Of a DNA stretch of 64,000 nt, positions 50,202 through 60,349 are shown in pieces. Every line of letters begins with the position of its first letter. Position 1 is the stretch's first letter. Below the pieces are notes generated by a model that saw only the letters and a program-made list of their open reading frames with translations, did no database searches and was not told where the DNA came from. Made by a program: the position numbers and the translations under genes. This DNA is from an uncultured bacterium. GTDB taxonomy: Bacteria; Desulfobacterota_D; UBA1144. Location: assembly GCA_913050245.1 (NCBI GenBank), contig CAJWZJ010000005.1, positions 30,931 through 94,930 of the forward strand, read 5' to 3'.

Positions 50202-51758
50202 TCAATTAGCTGTTGCAGAAGCTCTTACCTCTCTGACAACCGTTATTTTTACGTTACCAGGGTATGAAACTTCTTCCTCAATTTTCTTGGCAATATCATG
50301 CGAAAGTATTGTAGCCTCATCATCACTTACCTTATCGCTCTCAACCATAACTCTGACTTCCCTTCCAGCCTGTATTGCAAAACATTTATCAACCCCATTA
50401 AACGAGGAAGCGATTTCTTCTAATTCTTTTACTCTCTTAACATAGGATTCATAAGATTCCTTTCTTGCTCCTGGTCTAGCCGCAGATATAGCATCAGATG
50501 CTTGAACAAGCAAACAATACAAACTGTCAGGATTATCAGTATGAGATAGTTCAACAGCATCTATAACCTCCTGTGGCTCATTAAATTTTTTAACTAAATC
50601 CCCACCAATATCTACATGGTTTCCTTCCATATCATGATCTACCGCCTTTCCAATATCATGGAGCAGACCTGCTCTTTTTGCTAGCTTCTGATCTAGTCCT
50701 ACTTCAGCTGCAAGAACTCCACAAATTTGAGCAACCTCAAGTGAATGATCTAATATATTTTGCGAATAAGAGGTTCTATATTTCATTTTTCCAACAAGAC
50801 TTATTAAATCTGGATGCATATTACTTATTCCAAGCTCAAGAATTGCATCTTCACCGAGCTTATGAATCTCTTTAGAGAGCTGATTTTCTATTTCATCTAC
50901 TATCTCTTCGATTCTGCCTGGATGAACTCTACCGTCATCGAGCAACCTTTTAATTGCTCTCGCTGCTATTTCTCTTCTAAGAGGATTATGAGAGGAAACT
51001 GTGACAACTCCTGGAGTATCATCAATGATAATATCAACACCAGTTTTTAATTCAATTGTTCTTATATTCCTCCCCTCTTTTCCAATTATTCTTCCTTTCA
51101 TGTCATCACTTGGAAGATTAACCACTGAAGCTGTCTTTTCAGAGGTATATGAAGCAGCATATTTCTGAATTGCTAATGCAATTATATTTTTTGCTTTTGA
51201 TTCTGCATCATCATTTATATTTTTTTCAATTTCCTTAATCTTTCTTGCGGAGATAATCTTTGCTTCATTTTCTACAGTCTTAACAAGTTCATCCCTAGCT
51301 TCGTCTCTAGAAAGACCAGCTATATTTTCAACTTTAGTCTTTGCATCCTCTAGAATAGAATCGAGTTCCAATTCTCTTTCTCTATATTTCGAAATCATAT
51401 CCTCACATGATTTTTCTCTCATTTCTACTTGGGCTTCTTTACGAGTTACGTCTGTAAGTTGACTTTCTAATACTTTTTCTTTTTCCAATATTTCACTTTT
51501 CTTGGATTCTAATTCTTCTTCCATATTATTAAGTTCAACTTTAATTTTTTTTGTTTGAGAATCTTTAAAGTTTTTAACTTTCTTTTCCGTATCTTTTAAA
51601 AGTCTATTTGCTTTATTCTTTGCATTAGAAATAATATTTTCTGCCTTTGATTGCTTATCGTTAATATCTTTTATTAGATTAAGCCTAGACATAATCCAAA
51701 ATGCTCCAATGCCACAAATAAAAAGTAATATATATATGCCAATTTCAATTAAATTCAT
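50202..51758 (-). CDS. rny: Ribonuclease Y
   Basis: N-terminal TM and coiled coil, KH domain (KGRIIGKEGRNIR), HD domain (LLHDIGK). Confidence 0.96.
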   Translation of the reverse strand: MNLIEIGIYILLFICGIGAFWIMSRLNLIKDINDKQSKAENIISNAKNKANRLLKDTEKKVKNFKDSQTKKIKVELNNMEEELESKKSEILEKEKVLESQLTDVTRKEAQVEMREKSCEDMISKYRERELELDSILEDAKTKVENIAGLSRDEARDELVKTVENEAKIISARKIKEIEKNINDDAESKAKNIIALAIQKYAASYTSEKTASVVNLPSDDMKGRIIGKEGRNIRTIELKTGVDIIIDDTPGVVTVSSHNPLRREIAARAIKRLLDDGRVHPGRIEEIVDEIENQLSKEIHKLGEDAILELGISNMHPDLISLVGKMKYRTSYSQNILDHSLEVAQICGVLAAEVGLDQKLAKRAGLLHDIGKAVDHDMEGNHVDIGGDLVKKFNEPQEVIDAVELSHTDNPDSLYCLLVQASDAISAARPGARKESYESYVKRVKELEEIASSFNGVDKCFAIQAGREVRVMVESDKVSDDEATILSHDIAKKIEEEVSYPGNVKITVVREVRASATAN

Positions 51759-52332
51759 GATAAAAATCTCCTTTGGAATTGTTAATGAATATATTTCCAA
51801 TTCTTAAATCATATTCTTCTGTATTTTTAAAAGGTAAATATTGGTGATAGCTTAGAAGAGATATTAATTTATCTTCTTCAACATTCTTTAATGCTCTATC
51901 ATAATAGCCTTTTCCATATCCAATTCTTCTATTATTCATATCTATTGCAAGACAAGGAACAATAAATATATTGATGTCATTAATATTTATTGAAGTATTA
52001 CCTCTGGGTTCAAGTATGTTAAAACTCCCAGTAGATAAATCATCTTTAGATTCTACGGAGAAAAATTGAATATCTTGATCGATAACTTTTGGAAAAAAAA
52101 CTTGTTTATTTTTTTCTAATAGATAATTAAAAATTTTATTTATATTTATCTCGTATTTGGTTGGAGAATAAATGGCTATCCTACTATATTTAATTGACTC
52201 AAGATAATTAATACATGAATCTTGTAAATTTTCGCTATCTTCATCGAATGGTAAAATTCTACTTCTTGATAGTAAAATCTGCCTCAAAAAATTCTTATCA
52301 TATTTTAGATAATATTGATTTGATTCTTTCAT
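51745..52332 (-). CDS. ygfA: 5-formyltetrahydrofolate cyclo-ligase
   Basis: IVPCLAID..RRIGYGKGYYDR. Confidence 0.92.
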   Translation of the reverse strand: MKESNQYYLKYDKNFLRQILLSRSRILPFDEDSENLQDSCINYLESIKYSRIAIYSPTKYEININKIFNYLLEKNKQVFFPKVIDQDIQFFSVESKDDLSTGSFNILEPRGNTSININDINIFIVPCLAIDMNNRRIGYGKGYYDRALKNVEEDKLISLLSYHQYLPFKNTEEYDLRIGNIFINNSKGDFYHEFN

Positions 52333-52549
52333 AATTCTTATTTTTTTCCTCAGTTAAGGAAAGAATTTTATGAACAGAATTAACTAGAAGCAGGGTAGAT
52401 ATTTCAGATTGAGAAAACTTATTAGGATTTAAATTTAATTTTTTATATTCTTCATTAATATAATCTTCAATTTTCTTGATTGTGATTGAATCACAATCAG
52501 TTTTAAACTCTAACTTTTGATTAATATATTTTAAATTAATCTCTCTCAC
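52298..52549 (-). CDS. zapA: Cell division protein ZapA-like
   Basis: Size, fold pattern and the conserved zapB-zapA-ygfA-rny synteny; GTG start. Confidence 0.65.
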   Translation of the reverse strand: MREINLKYINQKLEFKTDCDSITIKKIEDYINEEYKKLNLNPNKFSQSEISTLLLVNSVHKILSLTEEKNKNYERIKSILSKI

Positions 52550-52758
52550 TAAATATCAATATTTTTTACAACTTGGTCTAAATCATCTAAAACTAAATTT
52601 AGCTCATTCTTGTAAAAATCATTTTTTTTCTTAAGGGAATCCATGTTATTTTTGTATTCATTAATTTCTATTTTTAAACCCTTAATTATCTCTTCTAATT
52701 CGTTTTTTTCTTTTATCTTATCCTTAACTTTATTATCAAGGATATCAATGATATCCAT
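52549..52758 (-). CDS. ZapB-like coiled-coil protein
   Basis: 69-aa heptad pattern directly upstream of zapA. Confidence 0.6.
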   Translation of the reverse strand: MDIIDILDNKVKDKIKEKNELEEIIKGLKIEINEYKNNMDSLKKKNDFYKNELNLVLDDLDQVVKNIDI

Positions 52759-52800
52759 GATATAATTTTATCCAATAGTATTTAGTTTACAAGTTGCAAA

Positions 52801-53865
52801 ATGATAGAAGATAAAATATTAAAGGAATTAGAGTTGGCCGAGCAGGAAATGCTTGATATAGATAGCGCTCTGTCCTCTGGTAAATTAGACTCGAATATGA
52901 TTAGAGATTTATCAAAAAAAAGAAATGATATCTCAGAAGTTGTAGGATTATATAAAGAATATAAAAAAATAACTGTTTCAATTGAAGAAAATAACGAGCT
53001 TCTATCCGAGCCAGATTTAAAAGAGCTTGCGGAGGAAGAAATTAAGATATTGAATCAAAAACTTGAGGATATTGAAAATAAAATAAAAGAGGAAACTAAA
53101 CCAGTTGATCCCCTAGACATAAAAGATGTAATTATGGAGATAAGAGCAGGAGCTGGTGGAGATGAAGCTGCTCTTTTTGCTGCTGATTTACTTAGAATGT
53201 ACTTAAGATGTTGCGAAAGAAAGGGTTGGAAAACTGAAATAATAAATAAAAGTGATATTGGTTTAGGTGGTATAAAAGAAGCCATTGTTTCAATAAATGG
53301 CAAAAATATCTATGGATATATGAAATTTGAAAGTGGTGTTCATAGGGTTCAAAGAGTCCCCGAAACGGAGACAAGCGGTAGAGTTCATACATCTACAGCC
53401 ACTGTTGCAATATTAGCCGAAGCCGATGAAGTTGAAGTTGATATAAATGAAAAAGATTTGAGAATTGATACATATAGAGCTTCTGGTGCAGGTGGTCAGC
53501 ATGTCAATAAGACTGATTCTGCAGTTAGAATAACTCATATTCCCTCAGGTATTGTTGTTCAAAATCAAGACGAAAAATCACAGAACAAGAATAAGCAGAA
53601 AGCGATGAAAGTTTTGAGAGCTAAAATCTTAAAAGTTGAGCAAGAAAAAATGTTTGATAATATGTCTCAAACAAGAAAGTCTTTAGTAGGCGGTGGGGAC
53701 AGAAGTGAAAAAATAAGGACTTATAATTTTCCACAGGGTAGAATTAGCGATCACAGAATCAATTTAACATTACATAAAATTGATGAAATACTTGATGGTA
53801 ATTTAGATGAATTAAATAAAGAATTATCAAAGAATTATCACGAGGAGGCATCAGCAGTTCAATGA
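52801..53865 (+). CDS. prfA: Peptide chain release factor 1
   Basis: VQRVPETE (PxT motif), GAGGQHVN. Confidence 0.96.
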   Translation: MIEDKILKELELAEQEMLDIDSALSSGKLDSNMIRDLSKKRNDISEVVGLYKEYKKITVSIEENNELLSEPDLKELAEEEIKILNQKLEDIENKIKEETKPVDPLDIKDVIMEIRAGAGGDEAALFAADLLRMYLRCCERKGWKTEIINKSDIGLGGIKEAIVSINGKNIYGYMKFESGVHRVQRVPETETSGRVHTSTATVAILAEADEVEVDINEKDLRIDTYRASGAGGQHVNKTDSAVRITHIPSGIVVQNQDEKSQNKNKQKAMKVLRAKILKVEQEKMFDNMSQTRKSLVGGGDRSEKIRTYNFPQGRISDHRINLTLHKIDEILDGNLDELNKELSKNYHEEASAVQ

Positions 53866-54638
53866 TTCTTATATCCTCGCTTTTTCTTTTATCTTTCATA
53901 ACAAATGTTTTATACACAGCTAATGGGAAATTAATTTTTTCAAAAATATCAAGAATTCTAATAGTATTTGCCCTTTTAGGACAAACATATGTGATTTTGG
54001 AAGGTAAGGTCTCGCTAGATTCCAAGACTTTGGAATCAAACCTATTTGTATCTTCATGGATTGTTGGAACTTTCAGTGTACTGATATTAAGAATGTATAT
54101 AAAAAATCTATATACTCTTTTTATTTCACCAGCTTGCTTTTTACTTTCGGTTCCAATAATTTTTGTTGGCAATCTTCAGTCAGAAGTATTCTCAAATAAA
54201 ATTCTAATTTTTCATGTATTAGCAAACTTCATATCCCATGCTTTAATTATGGTAGCAACTATAATTTCCATTTTATATATTTTTCAACACAAAAATATTA
54301 AAAATAAAATTATGAATAAAATCGAAAAGCTACCAAGCTTATCAAGCTTAGAGAAAATTCTTTTTCTACTTTTATGTATTTCTTTTCCAATTATGACTTT
54401 AGGATTTTCATTAGGATTTATTCTATCTAAAGAGCAAATAGGAACTTACTGGTTTGGTTCTGTATCTGCAATTTCAGTTATTTCATGGACTATATTTTTT
54501 TTCGTTATTCAAATAAGAGCTTTTTTTGGGCTAAGTGGTTTGAAAATTTCTTACTTTAGCATAATAGGTTTTATTTCAATTGTTTTAGGATACGTAGCAA
54601 TGTATTATCTGGAGCTTCCTTCTCATACATTTTTATAA
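53862..54638 (+). CDS. CcsA/YpjD/HemX-like cytochrome c assembly family membrane protein
   Basis: About 8 TM helices, His in FHV and C-terminal SHTF, TLGFSLG; WWD motif degenerate. Confidence 0.72.
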   Translation: MILISSLFLLSFITNVLYTANGKLIFSKISRILIVFALLGQTYVILEGKVSLDSKTLESNLFVSSWIVGTFSVLILRMYIKNLYTLFISPACFLLSVPIIFVGNLQSEVFSNKILIFHVLANFISHALIMVATIISILYIFQHKNIKNKIMNKIEKLPSLSSLEKILFLLLCISFPIMTLGFSLGFILSKEQIGTYWFGSVSAISVISWTIFFFVIQIRAFFGLSGLKISYFSIIGFISIVLGYVAMYYLELPSHTFL

Positions 54639-54654
54639 TTATATAGTTTTAGCT

Positions 54655-54678
54655 TTTAGCGGCCTTTCGGCCGCTAAA
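54655..54678. terminator. Bidirectional terminator between convergent genes
   Basis: 10-bp stem TTTAGCGGCC-TTTC-GGCCGCTAAA. Confidence 0.8.
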
Positions 54679-54685
54679 CTAATTT

Positions 54686-55447
54686 TTAAAGCATATTATG
54701 ACCACCATTCATACTAATATTGGATCCTGTAATCCATGAGCCAGCAGTGGAACATAAATAAAGAACCGCTAAAGCTACCTCATCAGGATATCCAAATCTT
54801 CCCAATGGTATATCATCTTTAATTCCTGCCAGTAGATCAGCAGGGACAGTGTGAAGCATGTCAGTTTCAACAAAACCAGGGGAAACCGTGTTTACCCTAA
54901 TGTTATCTTTTGCCAACTCTCTTGCTAAGCTTTTAGTAAAACCATACATACCACTTTTAGTTGCAGCATAGTTTGATTGTCCGATATTTCCTGTTTCACC
55001 AATAATAGATGAAATAGAAACAATAGAACCAAAATTGTTATCTCTCATGTGAGGCACGCATGCTTTAGACATATTAAACAATGCGCCTAAGTTTGTATCG
55101 ATAACCTCTTGCCATTCCTCTTGTGACATTCTACTAAAAGTGATATCTCTATTAATCCCGGCATTATTAACCAGAAAATCAATTTTACCAAATTTAGAAA
55201 TAGCTTCTTCGCCTAAAGCTAAGCAAGATTCGAAATCTTTAACATCAGCTTGCACGACGATAGCTTCTCCCCCAAGCCCTTCAATCTCTTCGGCTGTTAT
55301 TTCAGCAGCCTCTTTATTACTGACATAATTTAAAACCAACTTTGCTCCAGCCTCTGCAAATGCTAAGGCGCACTGTTTACCAATACCTCTAGAACTTCCA
55401 GTAACTACAGCAACACGGTCTTTTACGTCTGACATCATTTCAATCAT
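54686..55447 (-). CDS. SDR: 3-oxoacyl-ACP / acetoacetyl-CoA reductase (FabG/PhaB-like)
   Basis: TGSSRGIG, NNAGINRD, NYAATK, VSPGFVETDM; strong GGAGG SD. Confidence 0.9.
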   Translation of the reverse strand: MIEMMSDVKDRVAVVTGSSRGIGKQCALAFAEAGAKLVLNYVSNKEAAEITAEEIEGLGGEAIVVQADVKDFESCLALGEEAISKFGKIDFLVNNAGINRDITFSRMSQEEWQEVIDTNLGALFNMSKACVPHMRDNNFGSIVSISSIIGETGNIGQSNYAATKSGMYGFTKSLARELAKDNIRVNTVSPGFVETDMLHTVPADLLAGIKDDIPLGRFGYPDEVALAVLYLCSTAGSWITGSNISMNGGHNML

Positions 55448-55516
55448 TATGATTCCTCCCTAAATTGCATTCCTTAATTTTATACAAAAAAGATATAATT
55501 ATCTACAAATATAATG

Positions 55517-55545
55517 TTTACCAAATAAAAAATCATAAATATAAT
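55517..55545 (+). promoter_or_regulatory. Sigma70 promoter giving a leaderless dapF mRNA
   Basis: TTTACC-17-TATAAT-7 nt-ATG. Confidence 0.6.
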
Positions 55546-55552
55546 AACAATA

Positions 55553-56395
55553 ATGATAAATTTCATAAAATCTCACGGTCTTGGCAACGATTATATTGTA
55601 ATAGATGGTAAAGATTTAAAATATTCAATTTCAAAATCAATGATAAAGAAAATATGCCATAGAAATTATGGAGTTGGATCTGATGGAATATTAATGCTTT
55701 GTAAAAGTAAAAGAGCTGACTATGGTTTAAAAATATTTAATCCCGACGGGACAGAAGCTGAAAAAAGTGGGAATGGCTTAAGAATTTTTTCATCTTATTT
55801 ATATAAAAGTAAAAAAATTAGAAAGAATAAAAAAATAACAATAGAAACCAAGGGTGGAATTGTAACAAGTCAATTTATAAAGAGAGTAGGAAAAAAAACG
55901 TTCATTAAGGTAGAAATGGGTCGTGCAAGTTTTGATAAATCAAAAATTCCAATAAATATAAAGTCTTCAGAAAAAGAATGTTTAAATAAAAAAATTAAAA
56001 TTGATAAAAAGAACTTCTTGTTCCAAGGAGTGAGTGTAGGAAATCCACATTGTGTAATATTTCAAAAAAATATTTCTGAAAAAGATGCAAAATTTTATGG
56101 AGAAAAAATAGAAAGACATCACTTTTTCCCAAAAAGAACTAATGTTCAATTTGCTAAGATTCTAGATAAGAATAATGTTCAAATTGAAATATGGGAAAGA
56201 GGCGCTGGGTATACTTTGGCGTCTGGCAGTAGTTCATGTGCTGTTGTTTCAGCAGGCTTTATGTTAGGAATATTGAATAATAATGTTTTAGTTAAAATGC
56301 CTGGCGGCAAACTAAGGATTTCAATTGATAATAATTTTAACCTCATGATGGAAGGTCCGGTTGAAGATATATGCTCGGGAAAATTAAACTTATAA
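55553..56395 (+). CDS. dapF: Diaminopimelate epimerase
   Basis: KSHGLGNDY, AEKSGNGLR, SVGNPHCV, WERGAGYTLASGSSS. Both catalytic positions read Ser rather than Cys. Confidence 0.9.
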   Translation: MINFIKSHGLGNDYIVIDGKDLKYSISKSMIKKICHRNYGVGSDGILMLCKSKRADYGLKIFNPDGTEAEKSGNGLRIFSSYLYKSKKIRKNKKITIETKGGIVTSQFIKRVGKKTFIKVEMGRASFDKSKIPINIKSSEKECLNKKIKIDKKNFLFQGVSVGNPHCVIFQKNISEKDAKFYGEKIERHHFFPKRTNVQFAKILDKNNVQIEIWERGAGYTLASGSSSCAVVSAGFMLGILNNNVLVKMPGGKLRISIDNNFNLMMEGPVEDICSGKLNL

Positions 56396-56398
56396 TTC

Positions 56399-57622
56399 AT
56401 GTATAAGATTATTAATTCTAAATATATTTATTGCCCTGTGATGGGGCTTTTAGAAAATCGCTCCTTACTCTTAAAATCAAATAAAATTTTGAAAATAGAT
56501 CATAAAAATAAATTTAAGGATTTAAATTACAAAAAAATAAATTTAAACGAATCAATCATAATTCCAGGGCTAATAAATTCCCACATACACTTAGAGTTAA
56601 ATTGGGTTCACAAAAAATTAAGAGAATATAAGAATTTCCCAGAATGGTTAAATCAAATTATAGATTTGAAAAAAAATAATTTAAATAAGAACGTTATTAA
56701 AAAATCTATTAAGGATGCAATTATTAGCTCTATTAAAAGTGGAGTAACAACTATTGGCCAAATAAGCTCTTATAATGGGATTGATATTCCGATTATCAAT
56801 AAATACGGTATAAGATGTTGTTATTTTTATGAAATAGCAAATTCTAATAAAGATAACTTTATAAAGAATTTAAAAGTAATAGAAAGAAGATTAATTAAAA
56901 AAAATTTAATAAGTATTGGTATCTTTCCACACTCTATATACTCGCTAGATACTAAAATTTGGGAGACAATTATCTCTATCTGTAAAAAAAAGGGGTATAT
57001 TACTTCAACACATTTATCCGAAAGTAGAGATGAAGTTCAGTTTATCAAAGGCAATGATAATAAATTTGATAATCTTATTTTTCAAAAACTTATTTCAACT
57101 CCAAACATATATAGAAGAAAAAGTTTTTCTCCTTTGAAATACCTTAAGTATATTAATTTTTTAGATCTTAATCCAACATTAGTTCATATGAATAATTTAT
57201 CGAATGAAGATAAAGACATTGTTAAAAAAAATAATTTAAGAATAATTATTTGTCCAAGGAGTAACGTATTTTTAAAAGAAAAATTACCAGATCTAGAATT
57301 CATGCTGAATTATGATTTAACGGGGCTAGGTACAGATGGGTTATCAAGTAATCATGACCTAAATATTATTAATGAGATGTATTTTCTTTATAAAAAAGCT
57401 AAAAAACTAAAAATAAAAAATCTAAAAGAAAAGATATTATACATAGCTACTTTGGGTGGCGCTAAATGCTTAGGTATCGATAATCAGGTTGGTTCTATCC
57501 AAGAAAATAAAAAAGCTGACTTGATAGGATTCAAAATAACTCAAAAAAATCCTTTAAACTCAATTCTTTATGATGGTGGGAAAAATATTAATTTAAGAAT
57601 GATAGATGGTAAGATTATTTAG
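56399..57622 (+). CDS. Metal-dependent amidohydrolase, probably aminodeoxyfutalosine deaminase
   Basis: PGLINSHIHLEL, FPHSIYS, THLSES, LGTDGLSSN. Next to mqnD/mqnA. Confidence 0.75.
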   Translation: MYKIINSKYIYCPVMGLLENRSLLLKSNKILKIDHKNKFKDLNYKKINLNESIIIPGLINSHIHLELNWVHKKLREYKNFPEWLNQIIDLKKNNLNKNVIKKSIKDAIISSIKSGVTTIGQISSYNGIDIPIINKYGIRCCYFYEIANSNKDNFIKNLKVIERRLIKKNLISIGIFPHSIYSLDTKIWETIISICKKKGYITSTHLSESRDEVQFIKGNDNKFDNLIFQKLISTPNIYRRKSFSPLKYLKYINFLDLNPTLVHMNNLSNEDKDIVKKNNLRIIICPRSNVFLKEKLPDLEFMLNYDLTGLGTDGLSSNHDLNIINEMYFLYKKAKKLKIKNLKEKILYIATLGGAKCLGIDNQVGSIQENKKADLIGFKITQKNPLNSILYDGGKNINLRMIDGKII

Positions 57623-58451
57623 TCTTAATAATATCAAGCTTTGGCAAGGAATCTATTAGTCCTTCTTGCTTTGCCTTAGAATAAAAAAAATTAAGTCCAT
57701 GTATTCCTCTGGTATTAATATTTACTGTATCATTATTTACATACATTAGAACAAATTCTCTTGCCACTTCAAGCTTAACACCTCTACCGAATTTCATTGA
57801 ATAATCTAATGCTTCATCAATATTTGCTAGGGCAAAATTAATACTTGATTTAATTAATTGCGAAATTTCATTCTGCTCTATTTCGTTAAAATCTCTTTTA
57901 ATAACATTCAAACCAAGTGGTATAGGATATTTACATTGAACAGACCATAGTTTCGGTAAATCTAATAGTATTTCATATCCTAAATCTTTATAGGTTATTT
58001 GTCCTTCGTGAATGATCAAGCCTGCATCAACATCATCATTTTCTATCGCGGGAATAATATCATCAAAATCTAATTCTATAAAATCTGCTTCATTGCAATA
58101 AAGTCTTAAAAGCAAAAAAGCTGATGTCAACTTTCCTGGAATCCCAATTTTTGTATTTCTATTAATATCAATTTTCTTTTTTCCTACAACGATTGGTCCA
58201 TAATTATCGCCCATGCTAGCTCCACAATCCATAATTCTGAAGTCATTTTGAATTTTTAAGTAGGCGTTTGCTGATACAGCTGTTGTATCCAATTCTTTAT
58301 TAATTGCCATCTTATTTAATGTTTGTATATCCTTAATAACGTGTTCAAAATCAAATTTAGATGAATTTATTTTTCCAGAAGTAATGCCATAAAACATAAA
58401 AGCATCATCTGCGTCTGGGCTATGACCTAATAGAATCTTTTTTCTGACCAT
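57615..58451 (-). CDS. mqnD: 1,4-dihydroxy-6-naphthoate synthase MqnD
   Basis: LGHSPDADDAFMFYG, SMGDNYGP, GLIIHEGQITY, PIPLG. Confidence 0.93.
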   Translation of the reverse strand: MVRKKILLGHSPDADDAFMFYGITSGKINSSKFDFEHVIKDIQTLNKMAINKELDTTAVSANAYLKIQNDFRIMDCGASMGDNYGPIVVGKKKIDINRNTKIGIPGKLTSAFLLLRLYCNEADFIELDFDDIIPAIENDDVDAGLIIHEGQITYKDLGYEILLDLPKLWSVQCKYPIPLGLNVIKRDFNEIEQNEISQLIKSSINFALANIDEALDYSMKFGRGVKLEVAREFVLMYVNNDTVNINTRGIHGLNFFYSKAKQEGLIDSLPKLDIIKTK

Positions 58452-58521
58452 AAGATTAAAAATTATCCTTGTGATTTATATTAACTTTTATTAATAAAAA
58501 AAATAGTAAAATTGATTTTAT

Positions 58522-59301
58522 TTACTTGTTAAATTCTAGTCTATCAAAAGATATAAGTTTTTTGGCAAATTTTAAATATAAATTTATTCCTTTAATATGA
58601 TCAGTTGAAAATTCATAAACTATTGTTTCAGATATATATTTTGCGATTTGCTTTTTATTTAGATTAATTTTTTTTGATTTATGGATAATCTCTGAAATTT
58701 TATCTATATTTTTAAATCCTTCATAATATGATGACTCTAATATATCCACGAGTTCTTGATTTGGCTTATTTATATAGTTATATGACGCAAAAGTAAAAGG
58801 AAGTGAAGTTTCGTTAAACCATATTTCAGCTAAGTCGTATATTTTAAAACCTAAAGGTTTAAGATATGTAAGTTCTAATCCAATATCGCCAATAACAACA
58901 TATCCCGATTCATTGTCGAATATCATATTTCTATTAGGTTTATAAAATTTATAATCAACTTCTGATTTAATAAATTCATTAAATATTATCTGTACTAACA
59001 AATTTGAACTGCTTGACCGTGAATCTAAATATATAGAATTAATTTTTTTCAAATCAACCTTACTAATTAAAATTACGCTATCTACTTTACCAAAAGAACT
59101 AATACATTTATTTTGTAAAGAAAAGATTTCTTTATTTTTAAGATGATCAGCTATGGGTAGCAAGCTTACATCAGACTTATGAGTTTTAAGCGATAATAAC
59201 AAATCAGAAGGATTAAAAAATTCAAGACTAAGTTTTTTTTGATCAACAAAATATGTAAGAGGGTAAGAATTTATAAATGGAACGGTTCCTAAAACTTTCA
59301 T
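58522..59301 (-). CDS. mqnA: Chorismate dehydratase MqnA
   Basis: GTVPFINSYPL, GKVDSVILIS, SRSSSS, VIGDIGL, LPFTFA. Confidence 0.88.
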   Translation of the reverse strand: MKVLGTVPFINSYPLTYFVDQKKLSLEFFNPSDLLLSLKTHKSDVSLLPIADHLKNKEIFSLQNKCISSFGKVDSVILISKVDLKKINSIYLDSRSSSSNLLVQIIFNEFIKSEVDYKFYKPNRNMIFDNESGYVVIGDIGLELTYLKPLGFKIYDLAEIWFNETSLPFTFASYNYINKPNQELVDILESSYYEGFKNIDKISEIIHKSKKINLNKKQIAKYISETIVYEFSTDHIKGINLYLKFAKKLISFDRLEFNK

Positions 59302-59304
59302 TTT

Positions 59305-60348
59305 TTAAACTTCAAAATCTATAATTGACCATTTCTTTGGTGTAAAAATAGATTTATGAATTTCTAATGCATACTCATCAGACATTCCGGCAATAAAATC
59401 TAAACAATTTTCAGGATGCGTATCTGATGTACTCCTATAAACTTCATCTAATTTACCTGGATTATTTAAAAAAAATACATAAAGCTCACTAAGCACCCTC
59501 TTAGCTTTTTCAAAATTGTTTTTCAATTTTTCATGATAATAAACGTTTTCAAATAAAAAATCTCTCATCATATTTAAATTTTTTTCTAAGTCTTTAGAAA
59601 TATTTATTTTTTTATATTCACATTTAATTGTTTCATTAATTGTATCTTTAACAACCTTGGAAATTCTCTCGGAATGTGTTGAACCAAAAAAAGAAATAAG
59701 TTTTTTTGGTAAGTCTTTTTTGTTAATCAATGAAGCTCTGAGTGCATCATCCAAATCGTGCGTGAAATATGCGAAAATATCAGACAACCTTACTACTTGA
59801 CCCTCTAATGTATTAATCTTAATTCTATTATTGATTATGGGCCCTCTTCCTTTTGAATGTTTCGATATACCATCTCTTACCTCAAAAGTTAAATTTAATC
59901 CTTTTCCATTATTTTCAATAGTATCTACAATCTTTAAGCTATGAAGATAATGCTTAAAACCACCTTTGTGAATACTATTAAGTGCTTGCTCCCCAGCGTG
60001 ACCAAAAGGTGTATGTCCTAAATCATGCCCTAAAGCAATGGCTTCCGTTAGATCCTCATTAAGAAATAGAGCTCTAGATATTGTTCTTGCAATCTGTGAA
60101 ACCTCTATTACATGGGTCATTCTTGTTCTAAAATGATCTCCATATGGTGCTAAAAAAACTTGTGTTTTATCTTTTAGCCTTCTAAATGATTTTGAGTGAA
60201 TGATTCTATCTCTATCTCTTTGAAAATCAGTTCTTACATCACATTTTTTTTCTTTTCTCGCCCTACCCATTGATTCTAAACTTAATGATGCATTTTCTGA
60301 TAAATAAACTTTTTCGCTTTGTTCTATTTGGCTTCTAATATTAATCAT
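59305..60348 (-). CDS. dgt: Deoxyguanosinetriphosphate triphosphohydrolase
   Basis: FQRDRDRIIHSKSFRRLKDKTQVF, RTRMTH, GHDLGHTPFGHAGE. Confidence 0.93.
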   Translation of the reverse strand: MINIRSQIEQSEKVYLSENASLSLESMGRARKEKKCDVRTDFQRDRDRIIHSKSFRRLKDKTQVFLAPYGDHFRTRMTHVIEVSQIARTISRALFLNEDLTEAIALGHDLGHTPFGHAGEQALNSIHKGGFKHYLHSLKIVDTIENNGKGLNLTFEVRDGISKHSKGRGPIINNRIKINTLEGQVVRLSDIFAYFTHDLDDALRASLINKKDLPKKLISFFGSTHSERISKVVKDTINETIKCEYKKINISKDLEKNLNMMRDFLFENVYYHEKLKNNFEKAKRVLSELYVFFLNNPGKLDEVYRSTSDTHPENCLDFIAGMSDEYALEIHKSIFTPKKWSIIDFEV

Positions 60349-60349
60349 T

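Noticed and set aside
52801-54638. prfA followed by a ccsA-like gene instead of prmC
   Set aside because: Simple gene-order rearrangement; prmC may lie elsewhere in the genome.
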